DNA of 63,052 nucleotides, the filler included, from Folioceros fuciformis (taxonomy: Eukaryota): NCBI GenBank assembly GCA_049999805.1. It is 25 parts of 25 records of this genome, joined end to end, with 100 filler letters (N's around TTAATTAATTAA, not from the genome) between each part and the next. Parts side by side here need not be neighbours in the genome. Positions count along the whole stretch, not along the records: positions 35,373 to 36,563 come from JBNGIO010000337.1; positions 36,664 to 40,331 come from JBNGIO010000338.1; positions 40,432 to 42,539 come from JBNGIO010000339.1; positions 42,640 to 44,961 come from JBNGIO010000341.1; positions 45,062 to 47,168 come from JBNGIO010000342.1; positions 47,269 to 55,001 come from JBNGIO010000343.1; 19 more parts are not named here. The stretch is one strand, 5' to 3'. The notes under the pieces are model-generated. The model was not told where the DNA came from, made no database searches, and saw nothing but the letters and a program-made list of their open reading frames with translations. The position numbers and the translations under genes are program-made. Positions within the stretch are counted from its first letter, which is position 1. Every line of letters begins with the position of its first letter. This document shows, one piece after another, positions 35,373 to 47,505 of this stretch.

Positions 35373-36563
35373 TGGTGGTTGGCGACTATGCATTGACTAT
35401 CGAGGACTCAACCGGGCCACAGTCAGAAATGTCTACCAGATGCCGAGGATCGATGAGATCTTGGACCAACTTCACGGTGCAAAGTGGTTTACCAAGATTG
35501 ATATGAGATCCGACCTCCACCAAATCAGGATGAAGGAAGGGGATGAGTCTAAAACTGACTTCCGCACAAGACATGGCCACTTCGAGTTCAGGGTCATGCC
35601 GTTTGGCTTGACAAACGCACCTGCAACATTCCAATGTCTCATGCAAGACATCTTACGACCATTGTTGGGGCACGACGTAGAAGTTTTCCTCGACGACATC
35701 CTCATATACACACCTGACCTAGAGAAACATTACACCTTGGTCAGAAAGGTACTTGAGCTACTAGGTGCAAACAAGTTGTTGGCCAAAAGAAGTAAGTGTG
35801 ACTTCATGAGGCAAGATTGTGAATACCTGCGCCACATCATTAGTGCAACATGTATCCGGGTAGATCCCCGCAAGGTCAAAGCCGTGGTGGACTGGCCCCT
35901 ACCCCAGGATATCACACAACTACGTGGGTTCCTGGGCATGGCCGGATTTTACTGCCGCTCCATCCAAAGTTTCAGTAAGATAGCTATTCCCCTAACGGAT
36001 GCCCTCAGGCACTCAACCACCAAACCCTTACAATTGGGGCCATCGACCATCCAGGCATTTGAACAGCTCAAGCAAGCCCTTAGGTCGGCTCCCGTTCTAG
36101 CGGTGGCAGACCCCCAAGCCCCATACACCCTGCACACAGACGCATCATATTTTGCTATGGGTGCAGTACTGTCACAATAGGGTCGAGCTATTGTCTACGA
36201 ATCCAGGAAGTTGCAAGGGGCCCAGTTGAATTACGCTATACATGACAAAGAGATGTTGGCGATCACCCACGCTCTCAAGGTGTGGAGGCCTTACCTCTTA
36301 GGCCAGAAGGTGGTGTGTCACACAGACCACCACTCCTTGCAACATTTCTTCTCACAACCCAACCTCAACTCCAGACAGCGTAGGTGGGCCGAATACCTGG
36401 CGGATTTCGACCTCGAGATCAAGTATGTCACTGGGACTTCTAACGTGGTCGCATATGCCTTGAGCAGGAGAGCCTGCACACTCATGACCACACAGTCCCA
36501 AAGGGTGCAGTTAGTTCGGGATGGATTGCCTCAAGACCTAGAGTTGTGGCAGCTGTATCAAAA
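35373..36563 (+). mobile_element. Ty3/gypsy pol (RT-RNase H), chromovirus-like
   Basis: CIDYRGLN, MPRIDEILDQL, VMPFGLTNAPATFQ, FLDDILIY, TDAS, YAIHDKEMLAI, TDHHSL, RQRRW. Confidence 0.93.
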
Positions 36564-36663
36564 NNNNNNNNNNNNNNNNNNNNNNNNNNNNNNNNNNNNN
36601 NNNNNNNTTAATTAATTAANNNNNNNNNNNNNNNNNNNNNNNNNNNNNNNNNNNNNNNNNNNN

Positions 36664-38462
36664 GCCCTACGCTGCCCCGTGCTGCTCGCTGCCTGACTGT
36701 TGCCCCGCTGCTCGAAGAGCTGCCCGTCCCGTCTCCCTCCCCCTTTTCCCATTCCTTTATCATTTTTTTTCTTTGCTATTTTTTGGGAGATAATTCTAGA
36801 AAATATGAACCTTACCTACCTCACTTGGTCGCCAGTTAGAAAACTGTTTCGGGACCCGGGGACCAATTTTCGATGGCTGGGGGACCGTTTCGGCTAGAAG
36901 CGGATTTTGCTGAATAAGTTGCCGATTTCAGCCCTGGTTCCGGTTATTGATCACTCTTCTTCTGATCTTTTCCCTTTCTTCTCTAACTGCTCATACTAAC
37001 ACCAAGGGCCTCCCGTCGCATGACTGTTTGACAGTCCAGCCGCCCACTATCTCTTAAGGTCGTTGGTTGGATGTAATGGATGCATGTTTACTACCCTAAC
37101 CCACTCCAACAGGAGTTCAACTTTTGCAACCTCTCGACTAACATCTTTTTCTTCTAACACATCCCGGGTAGGTCTGACCTACTGTTCGTGGACCTCGTAG
37201 AACATCTCTTAAGACTAAACTAACAAACTGACAAGTGCTCCTCCCATGAGGGTTGTGCGTCAGCCACCTTGAGAACCAATAGGGTAGATGTTGCAGGAGT
37301 GAAGGTGACTGGCCCGGAGGCAACCTCAGCCACCATGGGAATAGTGGCAAGAGAAGCCTTTGCACACAGCCACTCAACAATAAGAAGGCGGCACCCGTAA
37401 GATCTTTAAAGATCAGGCATGCTTCTAGGTCTTAGAATAGTTTAATAGGTGGTAGATACTTGTGGTGGTAGGGTCAGTAGGTTGTAGGGCTACCTCATTA
37501 ATATTGATGGCGAGACGTGCTAGGAAAGTCTGAATAAGTGGTTGGTGACAGCCAGCTAGGTTAGTTGTCTTATTAAAATAATAATTTTCAAGCTAGAGAG
37601 AGATAAGATAAGAGAGAGAGAGGCTCCTATAAGAAAGAGTGAGCCCGTAGGAGGCAAGTTGTTATATCATGCTCTTGTGGTATGACCCTACTTGGTTTAG
37701 GACGAGCAACGTGTTGCCGGTTGTATAGCGTCTAGTAGAATCGAAGCAGCGTGTTACTGGCTGTACAATGTCTGGTAGAATCGTAAGCAACGTATTGCCA
37801 GTTGGACAACGTTTGGTAGAATTGCAAGCAGCGTGTTGCCAGATGTGCAGCGTCGGGTAGGATCATGAGGTGTGATGGCAAGGGTGAAGGGGCTTACCCC
37901 TAGCTCTTGATTGTAAAGGATGTGTCTTTCTCTTGACCTGTCCGCTCTTGTTCCCTGATTGGACAAGTGCTGTATGCCGGCCATGTTTCATAGTGTCCGG
38001 TAAGGTTGTATGGAAGAGGTATCCGAGAGGGGAGTGTGTTTCCCTCTTTCTCTAGCTTGGGGTTAGTCTAGTGACTCTTGCCGATTGAGGGAGTCAAGAG
38101 GGAAGTGTAGAAGGTAATGGTGTTGTTGATGGTGCTGAAGTGAGTGAGTGAGTGAGTGAGTGAGGGAAGTTGTAGACTTAGAGAGGTTAGTGTCGTTATA
38201 GTGGCTGGAGTGAATTTGTGGGCACCGAGAGAGGAGCAATCGACCACTGGACAGTGAGGATTGTCCCACTCCTGATTGGAGCTGGAGGGGAGCCCTCAAA
38301 TCTGTCATCGAGTTGATTGAATCCGACCTTCCATCCATAGCAGCGAGGAACCCCATCACTCCTTCATGGGAACGAAACCCAATGTCTCAACGATAGTGGG
38401 ATAAGTGTGCACACTAAAGGTCGAACCTGTTGGCCAAAAATGCCCGGGGTTTTGCCACCACA
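36664..38462 (+). repeat. LTR family D, long 3' portion (divergent copy), with a 40-bp tandem repeat at 37704-37864
   Basis: Homologous to 57377-58501 and 42640-43222; ends ...TTTTGCCACCACA; left part assigned by continuity only. Confidence 0.7.
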
Positions 38463-39640
38463 CTCGAAAGTCGTGAACTTGTTTGGCCTTCCCATCCCTA
38501 ATGGAATCCAATTGGCATCCAATTGTTGGGGATTGCCCCAGAACACTACTATTAATGGATGAAGTCGCCTTAGAAAAGCCTTTGCATACATAGTGGCCTC
38601 TTGTTTGATATAGCCCTCCGCGATGCGGCCTTCAGGTTTGCTTCGCTGTCGAATTGTTTGTTTCTTACTGCCTAAATAACATTCAATTGGATACATACAC
38701 CTGGCATGTACTTGTCCGAGCACTGCCACCTCTTCTACCATGTGAATAACGAGTTGGGTGGAGATGTCAAACAGTCTTGGTGGGAACACCTTCTCCAACG
38801 AAGCACATGACTTGTATGTATTCGGCCTGCATTGTTCCTACCTCCTTGCCTAGAATTTTACATTGACAGAGCCACCTACACAGTTTGCTCAATCTTGCAA
38901 CAGCCTTGTACACATCAGGGTCAATTCTTCCACGCAAACTATAGGGAAATATATCTCCATAACCACGAGCCAATCGTGCGCCTTCAAGTTGCCCACCTTT
39001 CGACGTGCTAGTTTGCAGGCAATGTTTGATGCAAAGCCCGACGAAAGCTTAATAGCCTGCATAGCCTCCAACACTAACTTTAGGTCTGGGGATGTCAGAA
39101 CGTACAAGGCAGGGGCAAAACTTGTCCTTGTTTGGTTCGTGCCCCCACAAGTGTGCCTTTCCCCCGTACTCTTCTAGGTCCAAACGGAATTTCAAATCAT
39201 CTTTCTCACCTGTTAACGTTCGCCAGAGTGCTTCAGCATTGTTCTTTTCCACATGCATGATATCTTTGGGCGCCCACTTCACCATGTGTTTCCAGTGCGG
39301 GAGTAGACCAAACCATGAAGAAAGTCGGTGTGTTCCAAACTTGCCTTTCTCCCACAACTCACTTGACGTCGCATTCTTGCTTGCCATCATGTCCGTAATT
39401 ACTTGCTCGTAAGAGGGAGCCACCGGCTTCTGCCGGTGCTCTACAGCGTTGTTGAACATGTTGCTATCCACTTGACACAAGGGGTCCATAGGTGGAAGCC
39501 AACGTCTCGCCCCTAGGTAGACTTGTTTCTAGAGGTGGTTGGACCATGTCGAGTCTAGGCCCTCCCAACACTCGAAACATGCTCTAAATCCCTTCACTTG
39601 GAAACCACTCAATGTCCCTCGTCCCGGGTAGTCCGCTATT
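38463..39640 (-). mobile_element. CACTA/En-Spm transposase fragment, frameshifted
   Basis: DIMHVEKN, LKAHDW, EKVFPP..FDI..QLVIHMVEE...GQVHARCMYPIE...KPEG.IAEGYI (DUF4218-like). Confidence 0.88.
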
Positions 39641-39837
39641 GTATGAAGTATGGCTGCCTATAGCCAAAAGTGTGATCGAGGACTGTTCACAGGCACAAAA
39701 AAATCTTCCATGGGCATACCTGCCCACAACTCCCTTATCTCTTCTAGCAGTGGCTCCAGACACACATCAAAATTGTGGACGATATGAGGCCCTTGCACTA
39801 GGAGGGGCATAATTATATTATCGGCCATTGTGCTTTG

Positions 39838-40331
39838 TGTGAACCTCCAAAGTTTGGGGTAGTGGTTTGTTTTGGTTGAAAAAGGGTTAATAGTGGTGTG
39901 GCTTGGTTTTCTTTTTCTATTTATTTTCCCTAATTTTCCTTTATTTTCTGATCATTTTTCCTATTTTTCCTTGTGCTAATGAGGTTAATTGACGAGGAAA
40001 TAGTTGGTTTGGTTATAAGAGTGGGTGTAGGTTTGGTCCCAGACCTGGGAAAGTTTAGGACCGGTACCTGGCCATAGGGTTGGGAAAGTTTGAATCTAGG
40101 TTTGGAGATTGGTTTAATATTAATTAAAGGTATATACTATTAAATGATTAAATAATAACAGAATAATAGAATAATAATAAAATAATAAAATGATAAAATA
40201 ATGGTTTAAACATAGGAACGAGAATCTGGGTATGTCAGTGTGTCAGGGGGTCAGGGTCCGATGTGAGGCTGGCTGTTTGCATGGCTGGCCTAAACGGCCA
40301 TGGCGGCCGTGCCCTAGCTAGGGCAGGGGTT
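39838..40331 (+). repeat. LTR family A 5' portion
   Basis: Matches the reverse complement of 60641-61180. Confidence 0.85.
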
Positions 40332-40431
40332 NNNNNNNNNNNNNNNNNNNNNNNNNNNNNNNNNNNNNNNNNNNNTTAATTAATTAANNNNNNNNNNNNN
40401 NNNNNNNNNNNNNNNNNNNNNNNNNNNNNNN

Positions 40432-42330
40432 TAGGCTTTGAACTGATGGTTGTTGAGTTCTCCCGCATTGTCGGATCTAATGCACCGCAGCTTGCAACTA
40501 GTGTGCGACTCGGCCATAGAAACAAAAGGTGAGAACACAACAAAGGAGTCACTCTTGAGACGAAGGGAGTACGCAAGTGAGTAGCGGGAATAATCGTCCA
40601 CTATCGTCATAAAATGGCGTGCTTCGCCTAAAGAAGTAACAGGGAGAGGTCCACACAAGTCTACGTGAACTATCTTCAAAGGCTGAGAAGCCCTATGAGT
40701 AGGAAGACTAGAGTAGGGAGAGCTCCGCTGCTTGGCGAGCACACACGCTTCATAAAGAGGTGGTGTCTTAGCCAAGGGGGGCAACTTATCTCGATATAAG
40801 TCTTGCTGTGTCATGGCAAGGAGCTTGGCATGATTGAGGTGCCCAAGTCGACAGTGCCAGAGTTGAGCATTCCCTGATGGAGGAAGCCCTGGTGGTGAGT
40901 CAATCTTAGAAGATGCTACCACGGCAGCAAGTGTAGGGGTCACAAGGGTGCCTGTGAAGATGTAGAGATCACTTCGGGGCTGCCCTCTGGCTACAGCTTG
41001 CCTTGGCTGAGAGGAACGATAGAGGAAACAATCCTCACGTCCAAACTCCAGCCGAAAACCTCCATCAAGTAGAAGTTGGTGAACGGATATCAAATTCTTA
41101 GCCATCTACGGGACGTGGAGCACGCTATTTAACACAAGGGAGGAACCATCCTCCAGTGTGAATGTCACAGAACCAACTCCAGCAATAGCAAGGCCAGAGT
41201 CATCGCCCAAGAGCACAAAACGTTGAGTGTTTGTTGTCGCCGTGTAGGAAGTAAACATGTGCTTGGAGCTGCAGATATGGACAGTGGCCGCTGAGTCCAA
41301 CAACCAGGAGGTCCTGAACTCGGAAGCTACCAAGCACACGGTTAAAGCAATCGCAGACTTGGACGGGTTTTTGGCCTTGGAGACGACAGCTGTATTGGTA
41401 GTCTTGATCTCACGCTTGGCCTCACTGGCTTGCTTCTTCCTGCACTCCCGCTCCCAGTGGCCGGGTGACTGACACCAATTGAACGTCCCTTGACGTTTTG
41501 CAGGCTTAGAGGAAGAAGAGGCAGAAGAAGCAGCCTTTAATGTGCCGGAGTTGTTGTTTCTCCGGGGGTTATACCCTCTCTTCAGTTGATGATTTTGTGA
41601 CCGTCCTCGAGTCACAAACATCACCCGATCTCCACCATGTTTAGATGTGCCGGAGTTGAAGCGGGATGCCTCCTCCTGAAGGAGTGCGCCAGCCAGCTCG
41701 GACACAGTGAGTGTGGATTGCCCACCAGCAGCCACTGCTTGTTGTGAAGTCCGGACCGACTGGTTTTGTGAAGAGACGAACGACTGATAACTAGCCGGAA
41801 GGCTAGCCAGAAGCTGGACAACAGCATCAAATTTCAGACATGGTAGTCCCGAGTGCAGCCAATTGTGCCCGAAGGTACCTGAATCGGCTCACGTGATGGG
41901 CAATACTATCACCTTGTTGCATCCGAAGAGGGTAAAACTCTTGTCGGACGGTGACTAAGGTCATGACATTTGTTGACTGATAGATGTCATTGATTTGCTT
42001 CCAGGCCGCTGCTGAAGTAGTTGCACCATCGGTGTGATACAAGGTGGTTTCGTCAAGGCCAGAAACCAGCATTTGCATGGCTTGACGATCTAGCTTGAGC
42101 CAGGCATCAACTGCCAACTGAGGTGCAGTGGGCTTAGGAAATACACCCTCCACCAGTGGAAGAAGATCGCGCGTGTTGAGAGCTGTCTTCATCCGTTGAG
42201 ACCAAATCTCATAATTGGTCCCGTTAAACCTATCTCTCTCTTTGAAATCAGTAGAGACGTTCATAACATTAATCACAGGAGTCGGAGATAGCAGAGGTAG
42301 CGGTAGTGGTGAAGTTCCTCCTGACATGGT
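40432..42330 (-). mobile_element. Ty1/copia gag-protease-integrase, degenerate
   Basis: FKERDRFNG, NWCQSPGHWEREC, WLLDSAAT, LWHCRLGH, VHVDLCGP, RSDNAGE. Confidence 0.92.
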
Positions 42331-42639
42331 CAAATCCTTTGCTCCACAATTGTGTAAACAAGCAGTGTGTTGTGACACGAGGCTCAGAAAAAAAAAAAAA
42401 ACAAATGTAGTTTGAGCAAAAATTTTCTAGGAGAGTTCAACGCAATCACACTCACACCAGCCACCTACAACTCTGTCAATAGGATCGACTCTAGTCTACG
42501 TGCAAGTGTAGGAGAGGAGAGGAGAGAAGAGAGGGTGGTNNNNNNNNNNNNNNNNNNNNNNNNNNNNNNNNNNNNNNNNNNNNTTAATTAATTAANNNNN
42601 NNNNNNNNNNNNNNNNNNNNNNNNNNNNNNNNNNNNNNN

Positions 42640-43222
42640 TTGCCCCTAGCTCTTGATTGTAAAGGATGTGTCTTTCTCTTGACCTGTCCACTCTTGTTCC
42701 TTGCTTGGACAAGTGCTGTAGGCCGGCCATGTCTCATGGCATCTGGTAAGGTTGTGGGGAGGAGATATCCAAGAGGGGTGTGTGTTCCCTTCTTTCTTTT
42801 CTTTGGGGTTAGTCTAGTGACTCTTGCCGGGTAGGAGGAGTCAGTAGGGAAGTGTAGAAGGTAGTGGTGTCATTGTTAGTTGCTGGTGTTGGTGCTGGAG
42901 TGAGAGAGTGAGTGAAGTGAGTGAGGGAAGTCGCAGATCTAAGAGGTTAGGGTCGTTGTAGTGACTAGAGTGAGTTTGTGGGCACCGAGAGAGGTGCAGC
43001 TGACCACCGGACAGCGAGGCCTGTCCTACGTTTGATCGGAGCTGGAGGGGAGCCCTCGAATCCATCATCGAGTCGATCAAGTCCGACCCTCCATCCACAG
43101 CAGCAAGGAACCCCATCGCTCCTTCGTGGGAACGAAACCCAATGTCTCAACGACAGTGGGATAAGTGTGGCCACTAAAGGTGGAACCCGTTGGCAATCAG
43201 TGCCCGGGGTTTTGCCTCCACA
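42640..43222 (+). repeat. LTR family D 3' portion
   Basis: Near-identical to 57918-58501. Confidence 0.82.
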
Positions 43223-43537
43223 GGATTCCAGGTGGGTCCCACCATGATTGTGGAAACAACTATCGATCACGGAAACAGCTACCACGATTGTGGAGTGGGA
43301 ACCGGAGTCGTAGAGTAGGGTCCGTGGTAGCTGAGCCAACTAGGGGTAGTAGTAGTTGAGCTGGTAGGTAGTAGGGACAGTAGTAGGTGAGTCTTGACTT
43401 AGGTAAGGGTTAGTAGTGATAGAAGTTCCTTGGCACAAATCATTCCCTTGGGAGTGAATCATATGACTACAACGACATAGAGGGTGAATGTGGACCTTAC
43501 AGTGTCTTTGGACACAAGATTTCACTTTGCGCCCCCA
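43223..43537 (+). repeat. LTR family F 3' portion
   Basis: CACAAATCATTCCCTTGGGA...AACGACA.AGAGGGT...GTGGACCTT shared with 60140-60205. Confidence 0.6.
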
Positions 43538-45061
43538 CTGCGTGCTTCGGCTCTCAGCGGGGGCCTCCACTTTGTCGGTGTGATCTTGGAACACCCACTC
43601 CTTTAGCCACCAAAAACGCAAAGCACAACACAAAACTTCCTCCACCGATAGCTAGTTCCTTCCTGTGTCTATCTATCCTACAAAAACACAAAGCAAAAAC
43701 CATAACACACATTCTGAGATGTGGGGTTTGACCATAAGAAAAACCAAGCAAAATTGTCCCCATGTTCTTCCTCCCTCCTTAGCATCAACTTCAGGGTTCT
43801 CATTCCCTCTCCACGGTCTAGCCTATCCTTGCCCACCCTTGCCTTTTCTAGCCTACTCTAGCAACTCCACGACCTACTTCACATCCTCCACCTTCGCTGT
43901 GAGTTGCCGCAACCTCTCCATCAAGTTGCTTAGCCTAGACTGCATGTTGGCCTTTAGGGAATCCAGGCACACATACAGCCCTCCTTGCAAGCTCTCCACA
44001 TCACCCTCCATGGACTATATATAGCCCTCGTATTACTTCTCTCACAATGGTTGCAAGCGACTGCACAACTCTTTGGGGTAAGACATATGCACAACCTGCG
44101 CTCCTGCATAGACGTTCAAAGAAGGCAGAGTATGGACTACCACTAATAGCGTATGCGGGTGTACATGAGTTAAAAAATGCAAGGAACAGGGCGTTCGAGG
44201 CCGAGCTGAAGTGCACAAACTACCTACCGGACATGTATCGACTACATCGAGCTCTAACGACTGTCTATCTCTATTGCAGATGGAGGAACGTGTGGTTGGT
44301 AGAGTAGTTGTGGGTGCGGACGGAGGACGATTGCACTGTGTGGATGTGGCGCGGTGTGAACATCTCACAAAAATTGTATGGGCGTGTGTGAGTGATGTCC
44401 CGGCAACCCAATGTGGTGAAGTGCAACAAGAGGATACGCACGGAGTGAGTGTAGGCCGCAAGTGTGCTCGTCGAGCTGCATTGTTGGGAGTGTGTGTAGG
44501 TGGTGAGGGATAGGATGGTAGCGTGTCTAAGTTGTGAGTGAGATGCGCTAAGCGTAACAATGTGGGATGTGAGTGAGATGCGCTAAGCGCAACAATGTGA
44601 GATGTGCTAAGCGCAACAACTTGAATGGCCAATTGTGATGCAAAAGGTGTTAAATGGAGAGTTGTGGTTAGCAAAACAAGCAATTGAACTTGGTGGATCT
44701 GTTTTGCGACTCTCCGGCAAACAAGCTGCAAGCCTGAGGCCAAAGGCTAAGCCATCATGACTCTTGCTGGCTTAGCCTCGGGCCTGAATGTTGTGGGAGG
44801 GAGGGGGAGGGTACGAGCTTGAATTCTTGAGGCCATTGTTGTTTGCGATGGCTTGAGGGTCCTCCTAGAGGCCTATTTCAAGGAGGAGGAGGGCTACAAA
44901 CCAGGATCGAGGCCATCGCAAGGCACAATTGCCTCGGCTTGAGGCCATCTCGCCATCGCGCNNNNNNNNNNNNNNNNNNNNNNNNNNNNNNNNNNNNNNN
45001 NNNNNTTAATTAATTAANNNNNNNNNNNNNNNNNNNNNNNNNNNNNNNNNNNNNNNNNNNN

Positions 45062-45494
45062 TACGCCTGATCAGAGCTGGAGGGGAGCCCTCGAATCCAT
45101 CATCGAGTTGATCAAGTCCGACCCTCCATCCACAGCAGCAAGGAACCCCATCGCTCCTTCGGTTTGAGTTATCGAGCTCTATATGAGCTAAACTCATGTG
45201 GTGTTAGTTATCCCAGTTGGGTTCATACTAGACTAGTTCTAGTTATTAGTGAACTTAGGATAGTGTAGATTATCCCATATTGAACCTGGAAGTTGTGTAG
45301 CCCTAAATGTACTACTTAAATGGAGACCTCGGACCTCCATAGTAAGACAGTGGTGATGTGTATTGTTTTTGGTTGCAAGGAACCCCATCGCTCCTTCGTG
45401 GGAATGAAACCCAATGTCTCAACGACAGTGGGATAAGTGTGGCCACTAAAGGTGGAACCCGTTGGCAATCAGTGCCCGGGGTTTTGCCTCCACA
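45062..45494 (+). repeat. LTR family D 3' end carrying a 213-bp insertion (45162-45374)
   Basis: 24-bp direct repeat at 45138-45161 and 45375-45398. Confidence 0.8.
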
Positions 45495-47168
45495 ACCATG
45501 CAGAAATGCCAACTTCACATCCATCTAGACAAGTTCCATGTCGTGCCTTGCAACCAGACCAAGAACACATCACAAGGTGGTCATTTTGACAACTGGTGAG
45601 AAAATCTCATCAAAGTCAATACCTTGCTATTGCTTAAAACCCTTAGCAACCAATCGCGCCTTGTACTTGGGTTTGCCATAATGGGGTATGTCGTTCATCT
45701 TATACATCCATTTGCATGGCAACGCTTTCTTGCCCCTAGGCAACCGAACCAACTCCCAAGTTTGGTTCCTGTGGAGCGAATTCATCTGCGACTGCATCGC
45801 CTTCTCCCACTTGTCTTTGTTAGTCACTGACGTGGCCTCTTGGTAACAAGAGGGTTCCCCACAATCCGTCAGCATGACATAATCAAGAGATGCAACATAC
45901 TTGGCAAGAGGACGTGAGATCCTTCCTGACCTACAAAGCACTAGCTCCTCGACCGGAGTTGGTTGTACTCTCTCCTCTTCTACAAGGGGAGGAACTTGAT
46001 CCTGCACATCACGACGGTCAACCTGTGCAAGATGGTCAAATCCATCTTCTTGAAAAACCACCCGTCGCACCTCCACAGTTGGAGTAGGCTTCTTGTGCAT
46101 CTTGGTCTCATTGAAGAACACGTCATTGCTGCGAACCATCCTCTTGGCCTCTGGATCCCATAGACGGTATCCCATCTCACCATATTCACCATAGCCAAGA
46201 AAAATACATTTTCTTGACTTACGAGCCAACTTGTCCCAAAACTCCTTCAGAACATGGTAGTATGCCTCGCAGCCAAACATTCGTAGATGCTTGTATGACG
46301 GCTTCTTTCAAGACCACATCTCCTCTGGAACCTGTTCATCCACAGCCCTATTAGGAGATCTGTTTATAAGATGCACCACAGTAACCGCTGGTTCTGCCCA
46401 AAATCCCTTCGGCAATCTGGAGTTTGACAACAAACTACGCATCCTCTCCTAGATGATCCTATTCATCCGTTCAACCACACCATTATGGGGAGGAGTATAC
46501 GGCGCAGTCAATTCTCTCTTGATTCCCTTGGAATCACAGAATGAATGGAAAGCCTTCGAGGCATACTCTCCCCCATTGTCTATCCTTAGACACTTCAGCC
46601 GAAGGCCATACTAATTCTCCACAAGGGTAACGAATTTCTGAAACACTGTCAGAACATCATCCTTTTTCCTCAAAGGATGAACCCACACCTTGCGTGAGAA
46701 GTCATCAATGAAAGTGAGAAAATAGGATGCACCGCCTAACGATACAATGGGCATAGGTCCACAAACATCACTGTGAACCAATTCAAGAGGTTTACTTTTG
46801 TGTTTACCTCTTGCTCCATGTGATGACTTTGACTGTTTCCCATACAGACAATGCTCACACACGGAGAAATCGGAGAAGTTAAAAGGAGGAACGTAACCAA
46901 AACGAGATAAGATCTTTATTCCTTTTTGAGACATATGTCCTAACCGACTATGCCACAAGGAAACACTTGGCTGTTCCGTTACACAAATCACATGATGTTG
47001 GACAGTGGTTACCTGAAGTGAGTACAAAGTGCCACACTTCGATCCACGAGCTAACACAAGAGAACCTTTGGAGATCTTCCACAAACGATCTCCAAACCAA
47101 CAGTGGTAGCCAGCGTCATCCAACTACCCTGCGCTAATCATGCTTTTGGTCAACTTCGGAACATGCCT
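45495..47168 (-). mobile_element. Ty1/copia (Tnt1-like) integrase-RT, degenerate
   Basis: LWHSRLGH, LVHSDVCGP, FGCEAY, EPSCYQEA, YKARLVAKGF, MDVK.AFLHG. Confidence 0.93.
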
Positions 47169-47268
47169 NNNNNNNNNNNNNNNNNNNNNNNNNNNNNNNN
47201 NNNNNNNNNNNNTTAATTAATTAANNNNNNNNNNNNNNNNNNNNNNNNNNNNNNNNNNNNNNNNNNNN

Positions 47269-47505
47269 TGGCCCGGTACCGAACCTAAACCTTCCCAGGT
47301 CTGGGACCAAACCTATACCCACTCTTATAACCAAACCAACTATTTCCTGGTCAATTAACTTAATTAGCACAAAGAAAAGTAGGAAAAATGACCAGAAAAT
47401 CAAGGAAAATTAGGAAAAATAAGTTGAAAAAGAAAACCAAACCATACCACTATTAACCCTTTTTCAACCAAAACAAACTACTACCCCAAACTTTGGAGGT
47501 TCACA
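47269..47505 (-). repeat. LTR family A 5' portion
   Basis: Ends ...GGAGGTTCACA. Confidence 0.82.
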
